Source: an uncultured Candidatus Saccharibacteria bacterium (GTDB lineage: Bacteria > Patescibacteriota > Minisyncoccia > Phycocordibacterales > Zambryskibacteraceae). Taken from it: a stretch of DNA of 62,118 nucleotides. The stretch is taken from NCBI GenBank assembly GCA_964516975.1, contig CAZFAS010000003.1, positions 4,508-66,625 on the forward strand, written 5' to 3'. This document shows positions 1-9,570 of this stretch, piece by piece (within the stretch, counting starts at the first letter, position 1; the number at the start of each line of letters is the position of its first letter). Made by a program: the position numbers and the translations under genes. Under the pieces are notes generated by a model that had not been told where the DNA came from, made no database searches, and worked only from the letters and a program-made list of their open reading frames with translations.

Positions 1-320
1 GCATCATTCTTTGCACTCTCACTTCCTCCTGATGTAAGTAATTTATATCCCGCAAATACAAAAGAGATCGCAGCAAGAGGAATTGCCATAACTATCATGA
101 AATTCATAAAATTTTTCGCAAGAGTAATCAATGTATTAAAATCGCAAGGAGGTAGTGGAGGATTTGCGGATTGATTTGGACTATCATCACAGACAATGAG
201 ATTCGTTGAAGGACCCCCTCCACCTCCTCCTGAACCACCTTGAGCATGTAATACAAAAGGTGATAAGAGAATTATCACTGAGAATACACACAATGCTACA
301 TTTCTTAGTACCGATTTCAT
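1..320 (-). CDS. putative TrbC/VirB2-like (T4SS-type) pilin family membrane protein; 3' end lies outside the window
   Basis: Minus-strand frame is open from ATG (318-320) to the left edge: 106 codons with no stop. It is absent from the ORF track because it is truncated. Translation: MKSVLRNVALCVFSVIILLSPFVLHA (signal-like), a Gly run, two Cys, then a hydrophobic helix IVMAIPLAAISFVFAGY. The family call rests on architecture only. Confidence 0.35.
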   Translation of the reverse strand, partial: MKSVLRNVALCVFSVIILLSPFVLHAQGGSGGGGGGPSTNLIVCDDSPNQSANPPLPPCDFNTLITLAKNFMNFMIVMAIPLAAISFVFAGYKLLTSGGSESAKND

Positions 321-321
321 A

Positions 322-1620
322 TTATTTAATTAAATTTCCAATCTGAAGACTTGCTTGGTTTATCGCTCCTTCAATACGAGTTCTGCCTCCTGTCACAGAC
401 TCGACCATTTCTCGAAATGCAGCATTTGTCCCACTTTTATCTGGATCAAGCCATCCCTTTGACCACAAAGTACTATCATACAAAACGGGTTTTACAGAAT
501 CTGTTTGCTTCACTGCAAGCAAATCTTTTCTTGCTGGAGCCATATTGATTGACTCGGACAAAGATTTCGCCATATCTTGATTTGTAAATTCTTGTAAAGC
601 ACTAAACGCTGCTCCAATATTTTTTGAATTCTTCACAATCGCGAGTCCTTTTATCTTTGCGAATGTAACCTTTCTAGCACCATTTTTAACATTTGAAGAT
701 TGTGGAAGAACACTCATATCAAAGTTAAGGTTTGGATTTTTAATCCTTAAAAGCGGATATTCTGAAGCGAAACCAAAGTAAATAGCTAAATCGCCAGCAA
801 GAAACGCGGTCTGTGACTGAGGAAGTGAACGATTCCATGAGTAATATGATTTTGCTGGGTTAGAAAATTCAGTATAAAAAGTTAACGCAGCCTGTGCTGG
901 TGGTATAGCAAGATCCATTTTGTCATTTAAAACACTTGTAGGAAAACCATTCACAAGGTTAACGATCGGATTACCTGCTTGTAAAATGAGTGCGCTTAAT
1001 ATAGCCCCCGCATTTGTAATATTTTGATACTCACCGAGTGCAACGGTGGAACGAGTGACGTTAAAAGCTCCGTCCTTAGTGCTTAATGATTGTGACAAAT
1101 TATAAAATTCATCCCAATACTCTGGTGGTCGAGACAAAGATGCATTAGTAAAAATATCTCTATTCCAATACATCACGATTGGGTCTACAGCGAGCGGTAA
1201 TGCATACACGCCTTCAGGGAACAAAAATAATTCAGAACCCTCTACAAAAGTATCCTTATACGTTCTTTCTGGGTAGCTCTTATAAGGTATAACAAGTAAT
1301 TTCGACTTATATTTAAGCAAATCATCACTATCTATAAAAATCGCATCTGGCCCTGTCCCCTCTGCAAGCGCATTCACAAATTCTGAATCAAAATTTGCTT
1401 CAGATTTTTCTTTATATTGAACTGCTATCGTTTTACTTTTTGAAAAAGCAGACTTTCCGTAGATGTCTGTAAACTTTTGCTCTGGATATGTGCCCCAAAT
1501 AACAATGTGTGATATACCAGCGCTATTGCCACTACCTCCAAAAGCGAAAAAACCAACACCGATCAGAATAAAAGCTGCAAAGACACCAGTAAAAATGAGT
1601 TGAAATTTACTTGAATTCAT
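322..1620 (-). CDS. extracellular solute-binding protein (ABC-transporter family 1 SBP-like), N-terminally membrane anchored
   Basis: 432-aa ORF with ATG start and an N-terminal TM helix (FQLIFTGVFAAFILIGVGFFAF). Length and general pattern are typical of sugar-type periplasmic binding proteins. No permease or ATPase gene is adjacent. Confidence 0.55.
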   Translation of the reverse strand: MNSSKFQLIFTGVFAAFILIGVGFFAFGGSGNSAGISHIVIWGTYPEQKFTDIYGKSAFSKSKTIAVQYKEKSEANFDSEFVNALAEGTGPDAIFIDSDDLLKYKSKLLVIPYKSYPERTYKDTFVEGSELFLFPEGVYALPLAVDPIVMYWNRDIFTNASLSRPPEYWDEFYNLSQSLSTKDGAFNVTRSTVALGEYQNITNAGAILSALILQAGNPIVNLVNGFPTSVLNDKMDLAIPPAQAALTFYTEFSNPAKSYYSWNRSLPQSQTAFLAGDLAIYFGFASEYPLLRIKNPNLNFDMSVLPQSSNVKNGARKVTFAKIKGLAIVKNSKNIGAAFSALQEFTNQDMAKSLSESINMAPARKDLLAVKQTDSVKPVLYDSTLWSKGWLDPDKSGTNAAFREMVESVTGGRTRIEGAINQASLQIGNLIK

Positions 1621-1664
1621 TAAGAAAAATACTATTGCTTATATAATAAGTATACCATATGTAA

Positions 1665-2192
1665 TTATGGCTTATGGAAAAGTACACCGAAATGATGATC
1701 ACCCGTCTGGATCTCTCGCTCAAAAACAAAGCCTGCTGATTCAAAAATCTTAACAGCGGCATCCTTAGTCACAAGCGATTCTGGATGTGGGCCAAGCCCT
1801 CCTACAGACTCTGACCAATCTACTGCAAGCAGCTTGCCATCTTTATGAAGTACCCTGAATGCTTCTTTTGCTACGGCCTCTTTCTGATTTACCTGAAACA
1901 TAAGGTTTGAAATAACTAAAGCATCAAGTAAATCTGAACGGAGCTTACTTCCGCCCTCTTTCTCAACATCCCCCCATACAATCTCCACATTAAATAGTCC
2001 TTGGTGATTAGCTTCGGATTTAAGTTTTGTGAGCAGATCTTTTTGAATATCTACTGCATACACTTTTCCTTTATCACCAACAGCTCTCGCAATAGCAAAT
2101 GAATAGTGGCCGGATCCAGAACCAAAATCGGCAACCTGTGAGCCAAGCTTGAGTGCAAACTGTTCAATATTTTTTACAGGATCGGAGAACAT
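1665..2192 (-). CDS. class I SAM-dependent methyltransferase
   Basis: Motif I VADFGSGSGHYSFAIA, followed by an acidic residue at VYAVDIQ. The ORF-track start at 2204 is TTG, so the ATG at 2192 (MFSDPV) is preferred. Confidence 0.7.
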   Translation of the reverse strand: MFSDPVKNIEQFALKLGSQVADFGSGSGHYSFAIARAVGDKGKVYAVDIQKDLLTKLKSEANHQGLFNVEIVWGDVEKEGGSKLRSDLLDALVISNLMFQVNQKEAVAKEAFRVLHKDGKLLAVDWSESVGGLGPHPESLVTKDAAVKIFESAGFVFEREIQTGDHHFGVLFHKP

Positions 2193-2255
2193 GAATATAT
2201 GCAACTATCATATCATGCACAATACAGAACTCACTGTGTATTCCTTTTATTAATG

Positions 2256-4715
2256 CTATAAACAGATAACGGAAGCAAGCGAATCCCCTTCACGAAGTTT
2301 CATGATACGAACACCCTGTGTTTGTCTTCCCAGTTCTGGAATTTCTTCAATTGATGTCCTGATAACTTGACCTTTTTTAGAGATTGCAACAATTTCCTCT
2401 TCTTCTGGAGACACAACAGCGGATGCAATAATATCACCAGTTTTTGAAGTTACATTTCCTGTCTTGATACCAGACCCACCACGATTCTGAACTTTATATT
2501 CTTCAATATCTGTCTTCTTGCCATAACCATTCTGTGAGACCACAAGAAGCATCGGCTTTTCCGCAGACTTTTTCACAACTTGAGCACCTATCACTCTGTC
2601 TGATTTTCCAAGCTTGATAACTCTTACACCTGCAGCATTTCTACCCATTTCACGCACATCAGAACTCTTAAATCGAATCGACTGACCTTTTGCAGTTACT
2701 ACCGATACACTGTCCCCATTATCAATCAGTGATGCTGATACAAGAAGATCATCATCCGTTAGCTTAATGGCAATAATGCCACTTGTTCGTACATCACGGA
2801 AACTCGCAGCAGAAACTTTCTTTCCCACACCGTTGCGAGTCACCATAACAAGAGAAAGATCATCTTTTTCTTTCGAATCCTTTGCCACGGGTAGAATAGA
2901 AGTTATTTTCTCTTCACTACCGAGAGAAATGTAATTCATAATAGACTTTCCTCTTGTAGCACGTTTTCCCTCTGGAATATCATACATTTTTATCTGATAG
3001 ACCTTTCCTTTATCAGTAAAGAATAGTAAATCACTATGTGTAGAAGCGGTGAGGAAATGGGTAACAAAATCCTCTTCTTTTGTATTCAAATCGACAACAC
3101 CCACACCTCCACGTTTTTGTTTTTTATATTCATCAGGATTAGTGCGCTTGATATACCCTCCAGCAGTTAACACTAGTGCATTCTCATCATCAGGGATAAG
3201 ATCTTCGACAGAGAAAATCTTTGCACCATGTTTAACCACTTTAGTTCTTCGCTCATCACCATACTTTTCTTGAATATCTGAAAGTTCCTTCTTAATAATA
3301 TTAAGAATTTTCTTTGGTGATGAAAGAATCCCTTTAAGTTCTTCAATAAGAGCTTGTACCGACTTAAGTTCATCTTCGATTTTCTTACGCTCAAGACCTG
3401 CGAGCTTTTGCAAGCGCATTTCAAGAATCGCTGTTGCTTGTAAATCTGAGAACTTAAATTCTTTTCGAAGTGCTGCATGAGCATCTTCAACAGATTTTGA
3501 TGCACGAATAAGCTTGATGATCTGATCAATATGATCGAGAGCCTTCTTTAAACCAAGCAAGATATGCTCACGTGCTTCAGCCTGTGCCAAATCAAAAACT
3601 GTTCTTCGTCTGATAACTTCTTTACGATGAGCTACGAATTCTTCAAGTACTCCCTTAAGTGACAGTGTCTGTGGTACTCCATTTACAAGCGCAACGAGAT
3701 TATAATGGAACATTTCCTCAAGCTGAGTGTGCTTGTAGAGCGAGTTCAAAATCTTTTGTGGTTGACTACCAGTCTTAAGATCAATAACCACGCGGATATC
3801 CTTTGCAGATTCATCACGAAGACCCTTGATACCTTCTATCTTCTTATCACGAACAAGCTCTGCAATCTTTTCAATAAGTGTTGCCTTGTTAACACGGTAT
3901 GGAATTTCAGTAATCACAATCTGGAATGCGCCAAGTTTTGTTTCAACAATCTCAGCCACTCCTCGTGTTACAACACCGCCTCGGCCTGTTGCATACGCAT
4001 GCGCGATATCTTTTTGATTAAAGACGAGTCCCCCGCCTGGGAAATCCGGACCTTTTACGAATTGGAGTAAGTCTTCGGTTGTCGCTTCAGGATTGTCGAT
4101 AATATATGCAGTTGCATCACATACTTCATTCAAATTGTGTGGAGGAATATTTGTTGCCATTCCCACAGCGATACCTAAGGTGCCATTTAGCATCAAGTTT
4201 GGAGCTGAAGCAGGAAGGACTACGGGCTCTTTCTTTGTTCCATCGTAGTTTGGTCTAAAATCTACTGTTTGCTTTTCAATATCACGAAGGAGTTCACTTG
4301 AAATACGTGACATTTTTGCTTCCGTGTAACGGTATGCGGCTGCAGAGTCTCCGTCGATAGAACCGAAGTTACCTTGTCCGAGAATAAGTGGATACCTGAT
4401 AGAAAAATCCTGCGCCATCTTCACGAGAGCATCATACACAGACGCATCACCATGTGGGTGATAACTTCCGAGCACATCTCCCACTACTGTTGCGGATTTA
4501 CGGAACTTTGCGGAAGCGGTAAGCCCCTTTTGGTTCATAGTAAAAAGAATTCTTCTGTGCACAGGCTTCAAACCATCACGCACATCAGGAAGCGCACGAT
4601 CAGTAATAACTGACATGGCATAGTCAATGAATGACTCTTTCATCTCAGTCACAATATTGCGTGAAACAACATTAACTCGCTCCACACTCTGTTCTTTTTT
4701 ATCTTCTTTTTTCAA
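2256..4715 (-). CDS. gyrA: DNA gyrase subunit A
   Basis: 819 aa. [25 protein letters not shown] and YHPHGD motifs, with C-terminal beta-pinwheel repeats. The first codon is TTG (4713-4715), and no in-frame ATG lies upstream of the conserved N-terminus. Confidence 0.95.
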   Translation of the reverse strand: MKKEDKKEQSVERVNVVSRNIVTEMKESFIDYAMSVITDRALPDVRDGLKPVHRRILFTMNQKGLTASAKFRKSATVVGDVLGSYHPHGDASVYDALVKMAQDFSIRYPLILGQGNFGSIDGDSAAAYRYTEAKMSRISSELLRDIEKQTVDFRPNYDGTKKEPVVLPASAPNLMLNGTLGIAVGMATNIPPHNLNEVCDATAYIIDNPEATTEDLLQFVKGPDFPGGGLVFNQKDIAHAYATGRGGVVTRGVAEIVETKLGAFQIVITEIPYRVNKATLIEKIAELVRDKKIEGIKGLRDESAKDIRVVIDLKTGSQPQKILNSLYKHTQLEEMFHYNLVALVNGVPQTLSLKGVLEEFVAHRKEVIRRRTVFDLAQAEAREHILLGLKKALDHIDQIIKLIRASKSVEDAHAALRKEFKFSDLQATAILEMRLQKLAGLERKKIEDELKSVQALIEELKGILSSPKKILNIIKKELSDIQEKYGDERRTKVVKHGAKIFSVEDLIPDDENALVLTAGGYIKRTNPDEYKKQKRGGVGVVDLNTKEEDFVTHFLTASTHSDLLFFTDKGKVYQIKMYDIPEGKRATRGKSIMNYISLGSEEKITSILPVAKDSKEKDDLSLVMVTRNGVGKKVSAASFRDVRTSGIIAIKLTDDDLLVSASLIDNGDSVSVVTAKGQSIRFKSSDVREMGRNAAGVRVIKLGKSDRVIGAQVVKKSAEKPMLLVVSQNGYGKKTDIEEYKVQNRGGSGIKTGNVTSKTGDIIASAVVSPEEEEIVAISKKGQVIRTSIEEIPELGRQTQGVRIMKLREGDSLASVICL

Positions 4716-4760
4716 GTTATTGAATAGCTACTATACACTCATGGAAATAATTCGGGAAGA

Positions 4761-5111
4761 CTATTGATTCATATTCTGATCAGGAACAACTTTTATCTGC
4801 CCACTTTCAACCTGACCCTTTATCTTATTGTATTGTTCCTCTAAACTTTGATTCTTACCACCGGATGAGGTACCAAACAGATCCTTCGATGCTTCATACA
4901 CCTGTGCAACTCCATTTTTTAGCGCTGTAAAAGGAGTTTCTCCTTTTTCCACAGGCTTTTCTTTTGCAACTATATCATTACTACCGTTTGGAAATAATAC
5001 TGAAAGCCATACCACAAAAACTAGTGCTGTAAAAAAAGTTGCGAGACCGAATGCTATTCGCTCTTTATGATGATCAGGCCTATTTCGTAATCTATCAAGA
5101 TATGATTCCAT
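4761..5111 (-). CDS. hypothetical membrane protein
   Basis: 116-aa ORF with ATG start and one TM helix (FGLATFFTALVFVVWLSVLF). No recognisable domain. Confidence 0.5.
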   Translation of the reverse strand: MESYLDRLRNRPDHHKERIAFGLATFFTALVFVVWLSVLFPNGSNDIVAKEKPVEKGETPFTALKNGVAQVYEASKDLFGTSSGGKNQSLEEQYNKIKGQVESGQIKVVPDQNMNQ

Positions 5112-5127
5112 AGCTTTAGATAGTATA

Positions 5128-5772
5128 TTATGAACTCGTCGCTGATAATACTACGATATCACCTTCTTTACCCTCTAAATCTTTTTTCTTAACAGTAAGT
5201 TTATCTACCGGTTTTACTGACTCTTCCCCACCCTCCTTGAGAAATGTCTTTAACGCATTTTTATTCAGTTCATCACCATAATGAATCGGGATAATGATCT
5301 TTGGCTCAAGCTTCACTGCCATTTTATAAGCTTCAGCAGGATCAAGGACGCCATTTCCACCAATTGGTACAAATAGGATATCAACATCATCGAGAGCTTC
5401 CTTTGTATCACTATCTATGGAATCAACTTGCCCAAGCGCTCCAAGAAAACAGAGATTCATATTCTCAAGATTCATAAGATATATCGTATTGAGGCGCTCC
5501 TGCCCATCATAATTTGATTTGGATAGAAATCCTCGAATAAACACTCCACCAATTTCATATTCACCCGGACCGATGACTGCAAACGGCTCTCTGTCACCAC
5601 GAGATGCATTCTCAATGCCATTGAAATCCTTATGTAAACAAGAAACGAGAACAATATCTGCTCCAAACTTTGAACTTTTAAATGAAGAATCCTTTGAAAT
5701 AGGATTATACGCCACGATCGTGTCACCAAACTGAATTTTAAGCGATTCAATGCCCTGATACGAGATAATCAT
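5128..5772 (-). CDS. MBL-fold (metallo-beta-lactamase superfamily) protein with degenerate metal-binding motif
   Basis: Layout resembles UPF0173/UlaG-type MBL-fold hydrolases (KIQFGDTIVAYNP ... IIIPIHYG). The HxHxDH position reads LVSCLHKDFNG. ATG at 5772 is preferred over the TTG at 5778. Confidence 0.5.
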   Translation of the reverse strand: MIISYQGIESLKIQFGDTIVAYNPISKDSSFKSSKFGADIVLVSCLHKDFNGIENASRGDREPFAVIGPGEYEIGGVFIRGFLSKSNYDGQERLNTIYLMNLENMNLCFLGALGQVDSIDSDTKEALDDVDILFVPIGGNGVLDPAEAYKMAVKLEPKIIIPIHYGDELNKNALKTFLKEGGEESVKPVDKLTVKKKDLEGKEGDIVVLSATSS

Positions 5773-5915
5773 GCACAAAATTATTACATAGTTTTGTTTT
5801 TTTATCTATGCAGGGATTTTCACCATTCACACCACAGGATACTTTTTTATCTGTGTCAATATATGGCTTAAAATATAGATATTTTGAGTATATGAAAACT
5901 AAATTTATATTTTGC

Positions 5916-5943
5916 TTGACAATTTATACATACATGCTATAAT
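5916..5943 (+). promoter_or_regulatory. sigma70-type promoter of the GC-rich RNA
   Basis: TTGACA (5916-5921), 16-nt spacer, TATAAT (5938-5943). Predicted start is near 5950. Confidence 0.55.
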
Positions 5944-5949
5944 GGTTCC

Positions 5950-6665
5950 AGAACATTTCGTTAGCTTCGGCTAACATGTACCTATACAAGATGATGTCCC
6001 ATTCGGACCGCCATCCGGATGGATTGTGACCGCACTGATGCGGTCACATAGCTAGGGCGCTAAAACGCCCGCCCATGTCGCCACCGCTAGGAGGTAGCAG
6101 CCGTTTCCGTAGGTACCAGTTTCCCTGCTCAAACACAGAGACTCGGATCACCGGAGGCCAGCTCGAAAACTGGCACCACACGCATCGGCGAGAAACCCAA
6201 AAACGGCACCGCACAGGAGGCGGTACAGACGAGCTGAGCACCCAGACAAGGATCCACACCAGCCTAAAGATTAAGAGTGTGGAAACTTCTGGGCTAGCGC
6301 AAACGCAGACTCAACAAACCAGCCAGTAGTGCCTATTGCAGACAGAGGTCGGCGAACAACACGTGCTCGTGTACGGGTCGCCGCCACTCTACTCTGACGG
6401 AACTGGCTGAAGAGGTGTGAGTATACCACCTACAAACTTTTTTAAAGAGAAGTAGTGCTCCCCGCGACGGATGTCTCCGTCGCGGGGAAGCCTCCGCCCA
6501 AAGTGGGCGCTCGTTGGTCTCGACGTCATCGCCAAGCGCTCGACCTCGAGGGTCGAGCAGATTATCATCGGATCGCCGTGCACAGCGCATAGCGATCCCC
6601 AACCACTGGAGCAATCCAGTGCCAGGACGAAAGTCCGCCCCCGAAGCTTCGCTTCGGGGGTTTTT
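5950..6665 (+). ncRNA. large (~0.72 kb) GC-rich structured RNA of unknown family
   Basis: Bounded by a consensus promoter and an intrinsic terminator. GC is about 52-60% on sampled lines, in an AT-rich genome. No frame is open for more than 93 codons. There are many stable hairpins, including cUUCGg and GAAA tetraloops, and a nested multi-helix domain at 6320-6409. Confidence 0.6.
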
Positions 6666-6668
6666 CTT
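6638..6668 (+). terminator. intrinsic terminator
   Basis: CCCCCGAAGC-TTC-GCTTCGGGGG (10-bp GC-rich stem) followed by TTTTTCTTT. Confidence 0.8.
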
Positions 6669-6802
6669 TACAAAACACGAAAAATACCATAGAATCCCAC
6701 TGTCCTTGCATTACGCAAGGTATTTATTTATCACCCATTGAGATAGCCTCTTGGCGGAGAATTCAGTAATAGCTAGCCAAGAAACTCACTGTGTATATAC
6801 AT

Positions 6803-7942
6803 ATGTTTGGAATAGGAAAAAAAGATACAAAGCACGAGGAGGAAAATGAAGTTGAGGTTGAAAAACCTGTGAAAAAAGATGGGCCAATGGTTGAGCTTTT
6901 AAATAAAAGCCAAACTCCCCCATCAGTAGATGATTTGATTGAAGGAACGGTTATCGGTATCGACAAAGCAGCGGTATACGTTGATTTACCACCATTTGGT
7001 ACTGGTATTATCTATGGAAGAGAATTTATCCAGGCACGAGATATTATTCGAAAGATTAATATCGGTGATTCTGTTGCAGGAAAAGTTGTCGCAATCGACA
7101 ATGCAGAGGGATATATTGAAATCTCTCTTAAGGAAGCTCGTCAAGCGATTATCTGGAGTGAAGCAGAAGATGCTATCCGAGATAAGAAGATCTTTGAGCT
7201 TCCAGTTACTGAAGCAAATAAGGGAGGTCTTATCATCGCATGGCAAGGAATCCAAGGATTCCTCCCAGCATCTCAGCTCAAACCTGAGCACTACCCTCGC
7301 GTAGGAGATGGCGACAAAGATAAAATCCTCGAAGAACTCCGCAAACTCGTTGGACAGAAGATTTCTGTCTCTATCATCGGAGCAATTCCAAAAGAAGGAA
7401 AACTTATCTTCTCAGAAAAGAATCCGGAAAATAAAGACAAAGGGGAAATTATCGATCATTACACACTTGGAGACGAGGTAACTGGAGAAGTTACCGGCAT
7501 CGTAGACTTCGGTATCTTCGTAAAACTTGAAGAGGGACTTGAAGGACTTGTTCACATCTCAGAAATCGACTGGGCGCTCGTAGAAAACCCACGAGCACTC
7601 TATAAAGTCGGTGAAAAAGTGAAAGTTAAAATCATCGATATTAAGGATGGAAAAGTCTCACTTTCAATCAAGGCACTCAAAGAGAATCCTTGGATTGAGG
7701 CAAGTAAGAAATACAAGAAAGATAGTCTGGTGAAAGGAGTTATCATCAAATTCAATAAGCACGGCGCACTTGCTTCTATCGAAGAAGGAGTGGCAGGCCT
7801 TGTTCACATCTCAGAATTTGGAAGTGAAGAGAAACTTCGAGAAAAACTTGAACTCGGAAAGACATATGACTTCAAGATCACCCTCTTCGATGCAAAAGAA
7901 CAGAAGATGGCACTCTCATTTGTAGATGGGACAAAGAAATAA
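6803..7942 (+). CDS. rpsA: 30S ribosomal protein S1
   Basis: Repeated S1/OB-fold modules (GTVIGIDKAAVYVDL, VAGKVVAIDNAEGYIEISL, VTGEVTGIVDFGIFVKL, VKGVIIKFNKHGALASI). The ORF-track start at 6791 is GTG, so the ATG at 6803 is preferred. Confidence 0.9.
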   Translation: MFGIGKKDTKHEEENEVEVEKPVKKDGPMVELLNKSQTPPSVDDLIEGTVIGIDKAAVYVDLPPFGTGIIYGREFIQARDIIRKINIGDSVAGKVVAIDNAEGYIEISLKEARQAIIWSEAEDAIRDKKIFELPVTEANKGGLIIAWQGIQGFLPASQLKPEHYPRVGDGDKDKILEELRKLVGQKISVSIIGAIPKEGKLIFSEKNPENKDKGEIIDHYTLGDEVTGEVTGIVDFGIFVKLEEGLEGLVHISEIDWALVENPRALYKVGEKVKVKIIDIKDGKVSLSIKALKENPWIEASKKYKKDSLVKGVIIKFNKHGALASIEEGVAGLVHISEFGSEEKLREKLELGKTYDFKITLFDAKEQKMALSFVDGTKK

Positions 7943-7956
7943 GAGAAATGCTCAAC

Positions 7957-7982
7957 AAAAAACTCGCTCTGCGAGTTTTTTG
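7957..7982 (+). terminator. intrinsic terminator after rpsA
   Basis: AAAAAACTCGC-TCT-GCGAGTTTTTT. Confidence 0.7.
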
Positions 7983-8046
7983 TTGCATGGAAAAAACTAA
8001 ATAGTAAAATGAACATAGATTTGTAATCCCACCTCAAGGAGGTCGT

Positions 8047-8493
8047 GTGAGCGAACAACTTTTCCGAGAAACAACAGACAATGATCGCCGAGTTGACGCA
8101 TTACTCATGGTTTTCATTCGTGTACTCTATGAAAATAAATACACCTCTGTTTCAAAGGAAGATTTAAGGCGAGTGCTGCCATTCTATATCTTCTTCATTC
8201 GATACATTAGTGGAGCTTCATTCGAAATTCCCCAAATGTATGAAAAAGAAGAATCAATTCAGGGAACACTGTCTGAAGGTGCAGTCAGTGGAATTTTCCA
8301 CACTCGTGGTCCAAGAAATGACGGACGATATCACTTTAACAATGGTCAAATCGCACGTCACTTGACCAAACTCTTTGTTGAAAGCATTCTAACAAATGAG
8401 GAATTGGAAATCGCGGTCAAAGCAGCGAAATCATGCGTATCAGCGTATGGAAGAAAACTTAAATGGGGAGATACTGATCCGTTTAAGCTCTAG
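8047..8493 (+). CDS. hypothetical protein
   Basis: 148-aa ORF with a GTG start, preceded by AAGGAGG (8036-8042). No recognisable domain. Confidence 0.5.
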   Translation: MSEQLFRETTDNDRRVDALLMVFIRVLYENKYTSVSKEDLRRVLPFYIFFIRYISGASFEIPQMYEKEESIQGTLSEGAVSGIFHTRGPRNDGRYHFNNGQIARHLTKLFVESILTNEELEIAVKAAKSCVSAYGRKLKWGDTDPFKL

Positions 8494-8524
8494 CACACAA
8501 TGCCCCTTATACAAGGGGCATTTC

Positions 8525-8863
8525 TTATTGCAAAATATTAAACCTCTCAATCATTCCCTTCTTTCTTTCTGCTGGAACAGTATCTCCCGTTCGTGGATAA
8601 TCTTCCTTCAGTTTTTCAAGATATCCTATTGCTTCCTGTAATTTACCATTTGCTCTATCCACTTGCTCAGGAGTAAGTAATCCATCCTCAATACTATATT
8701 CCAAAAATCCCATAATGATTGAAAGCCTCGTAGCTGCACATAAAGCCCATGATGCACCTGAGCCCCTCACATATTCCTTTTCGAGTTCTAGTGGCGCAGT
8801 CGCAATATAAAACTTTAATTCTTCAAGTGAGTTTTCAAATTGTGGCGATCCTTCCATCGACAT
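8525..8863 (-). CDS. hypothetical protein
   Basis: 112-aa ORF with ATG start, convergent with 8047-8493. The two share the hairpin ATGCCCCT-TATACA-AGGGGCAT at about 8500-8521. Confidence 0.45.
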   Translation of the reverse strand: MSMEGSPQFENSLEELKFYIATAPLELEKEYVRGSGASWALCAATRLSIIMGFLEYSIEDGLLTPEQVDRANGKLQEAIGYLEKLKEDYPRTGDTVPAERKKGMIERFNILQ

Positions 8864-8868
8864 ATTAG

Positions 8869-9459
8869 TTAATTATTAGTTGTATTCATAGCAACTTCCC
8901 TTCCCTCAGTCACAATGAGCTCAAGAGCGAGGGTGACACGCTTTGCAATCTTTTTTAATTCATCTATTTCCTTCGGCTTAAACGATCCGAGAATAAATTT
9001 CTCAACATCAGCTTCTCCATGAGGTTTTTTCAATTTTCCAGATGGTGTGGTTGGACTAATACCGATTCTAATTCTCACAAATCCATCTGTCTTGAGTGCC
9101 CGCACAATCGACAGCACACCCTTATGACCTCCCGTCCCTCGATTGAAAGATATTTTGATTTTTCCTAGCGGTAAATCGAGATCATCATGGACAACTACAA
9201 GCATTTCAGCTTTTTTCTTACTTGTAATAAGCGAAGAAAGACTACTCCCTGACTTATTCATAAATGTTTCTGGAAAAAGCACTGCGACTTTTTCTTTTTT
9301 TATTTTTCCTTCTGCGTATAACGCTTGTTTTTTCTTATCAAATGATAATTCTGGAAAATCAAAAGCTTTCAAAAAATTTGAGAGGACGATTCTGCCAGTA
9401 TTATGCCTCGTATCACGATATTCTTCTCCAGGATTTCCAAGTGCGACGATATAAAACAT
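8869..9459 (-). CDS. pth: peptidyl-tRNA hydrolase
   Basis: Canonical N-terminus MFYIVALGNPGEEYRDTRHNTGR, plus HDDLDLPLG and GGHKG motifs. ATG at 9459 is chosen; the ORF track begins 17 codons upstream. Confidence 0.9.
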   Translation of the reverse strand: MFYIVALGNPGEEYRDTRHNTGRIVLSNFLKAFDFPELSFDKKKQALYAEGKIKKEKVAVLFPETFMNKSGSSLSSLITSKKKAEMLVVVHDDLDLPLGKIKISFNRGTGGHKGVLSIVRALKTDGFVRIRIGISPTTPSGKLKKPHGEADVEKFILGSFKPKEIDELKKIAKRVTLALELIVTEGREVAMNTTNN

Positions 9460-9570
9460 ATACCTAAGTGTATAGTGCGATTCAAAAAATGCAAAATTGT
9501 AGTTCAACATGCATTTTCATCTTGCGTCAACACACATGCTCATACTACAATTGATCGCAATACAACTTCT

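Noticed and set aside
2228-2241. A 14-nt motif AACTCACTGTGTAT shared between the methyltransferase/gyrA spacer and the rpsA start region (6783-6796).
   Set aside because: A single 14-mer recurrence is within chance expectation for an AT-biased 62-kb window searched on both strands. There is no shared context or symmetry.
5810-5944. A 44-codon ORF (MQGFSPFTPQDTFLSV...) just upstream of the GC-rich RNA.
   Set aside because: It overlaps the predicted -35/-10 promoter elements, has no RBS, and its composition is just AT-rich spacer. It is probably spurious.
5950-6665. Possibility that the GC-rich RNA is tmRNA, SRP RNA, 6S RNA, a second RNase P RNA (it contains AGGACGAAAGTCCGCC) or a group II intron.
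   Set aside because: It has no tRNA-like acceptor/T-arm ends and no alanine-rich tag ORF. It has no SRP domain IV motif. It is far too long for 6S. The GAAAGTCC match is just a GAAA-capped 4-bp hairpin next to the terminator, without the partner ACAGAAnnCGGCTTA element. There is no GUGYG 5' end or recognisable domain V. These calls were made by eye and still need cmscan.
6044-6741. Six overlapping ORFs of 64-93 aa on both strands (6044-6259, 6075-6329, 6333-6614, 6389-6583, 6471-6692, 6514-6741).
   Set aside because: They overlap one another in several frames. They have Arg/Pro/Gly-rich, low-plausibility translations typical of GC-rich non-coding DNA, and they lack ribosome-binding sites. 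They lie entirely inside a promoter-to-terminator unit full of stable helices, so the region is treated as RNA rather than CDS.
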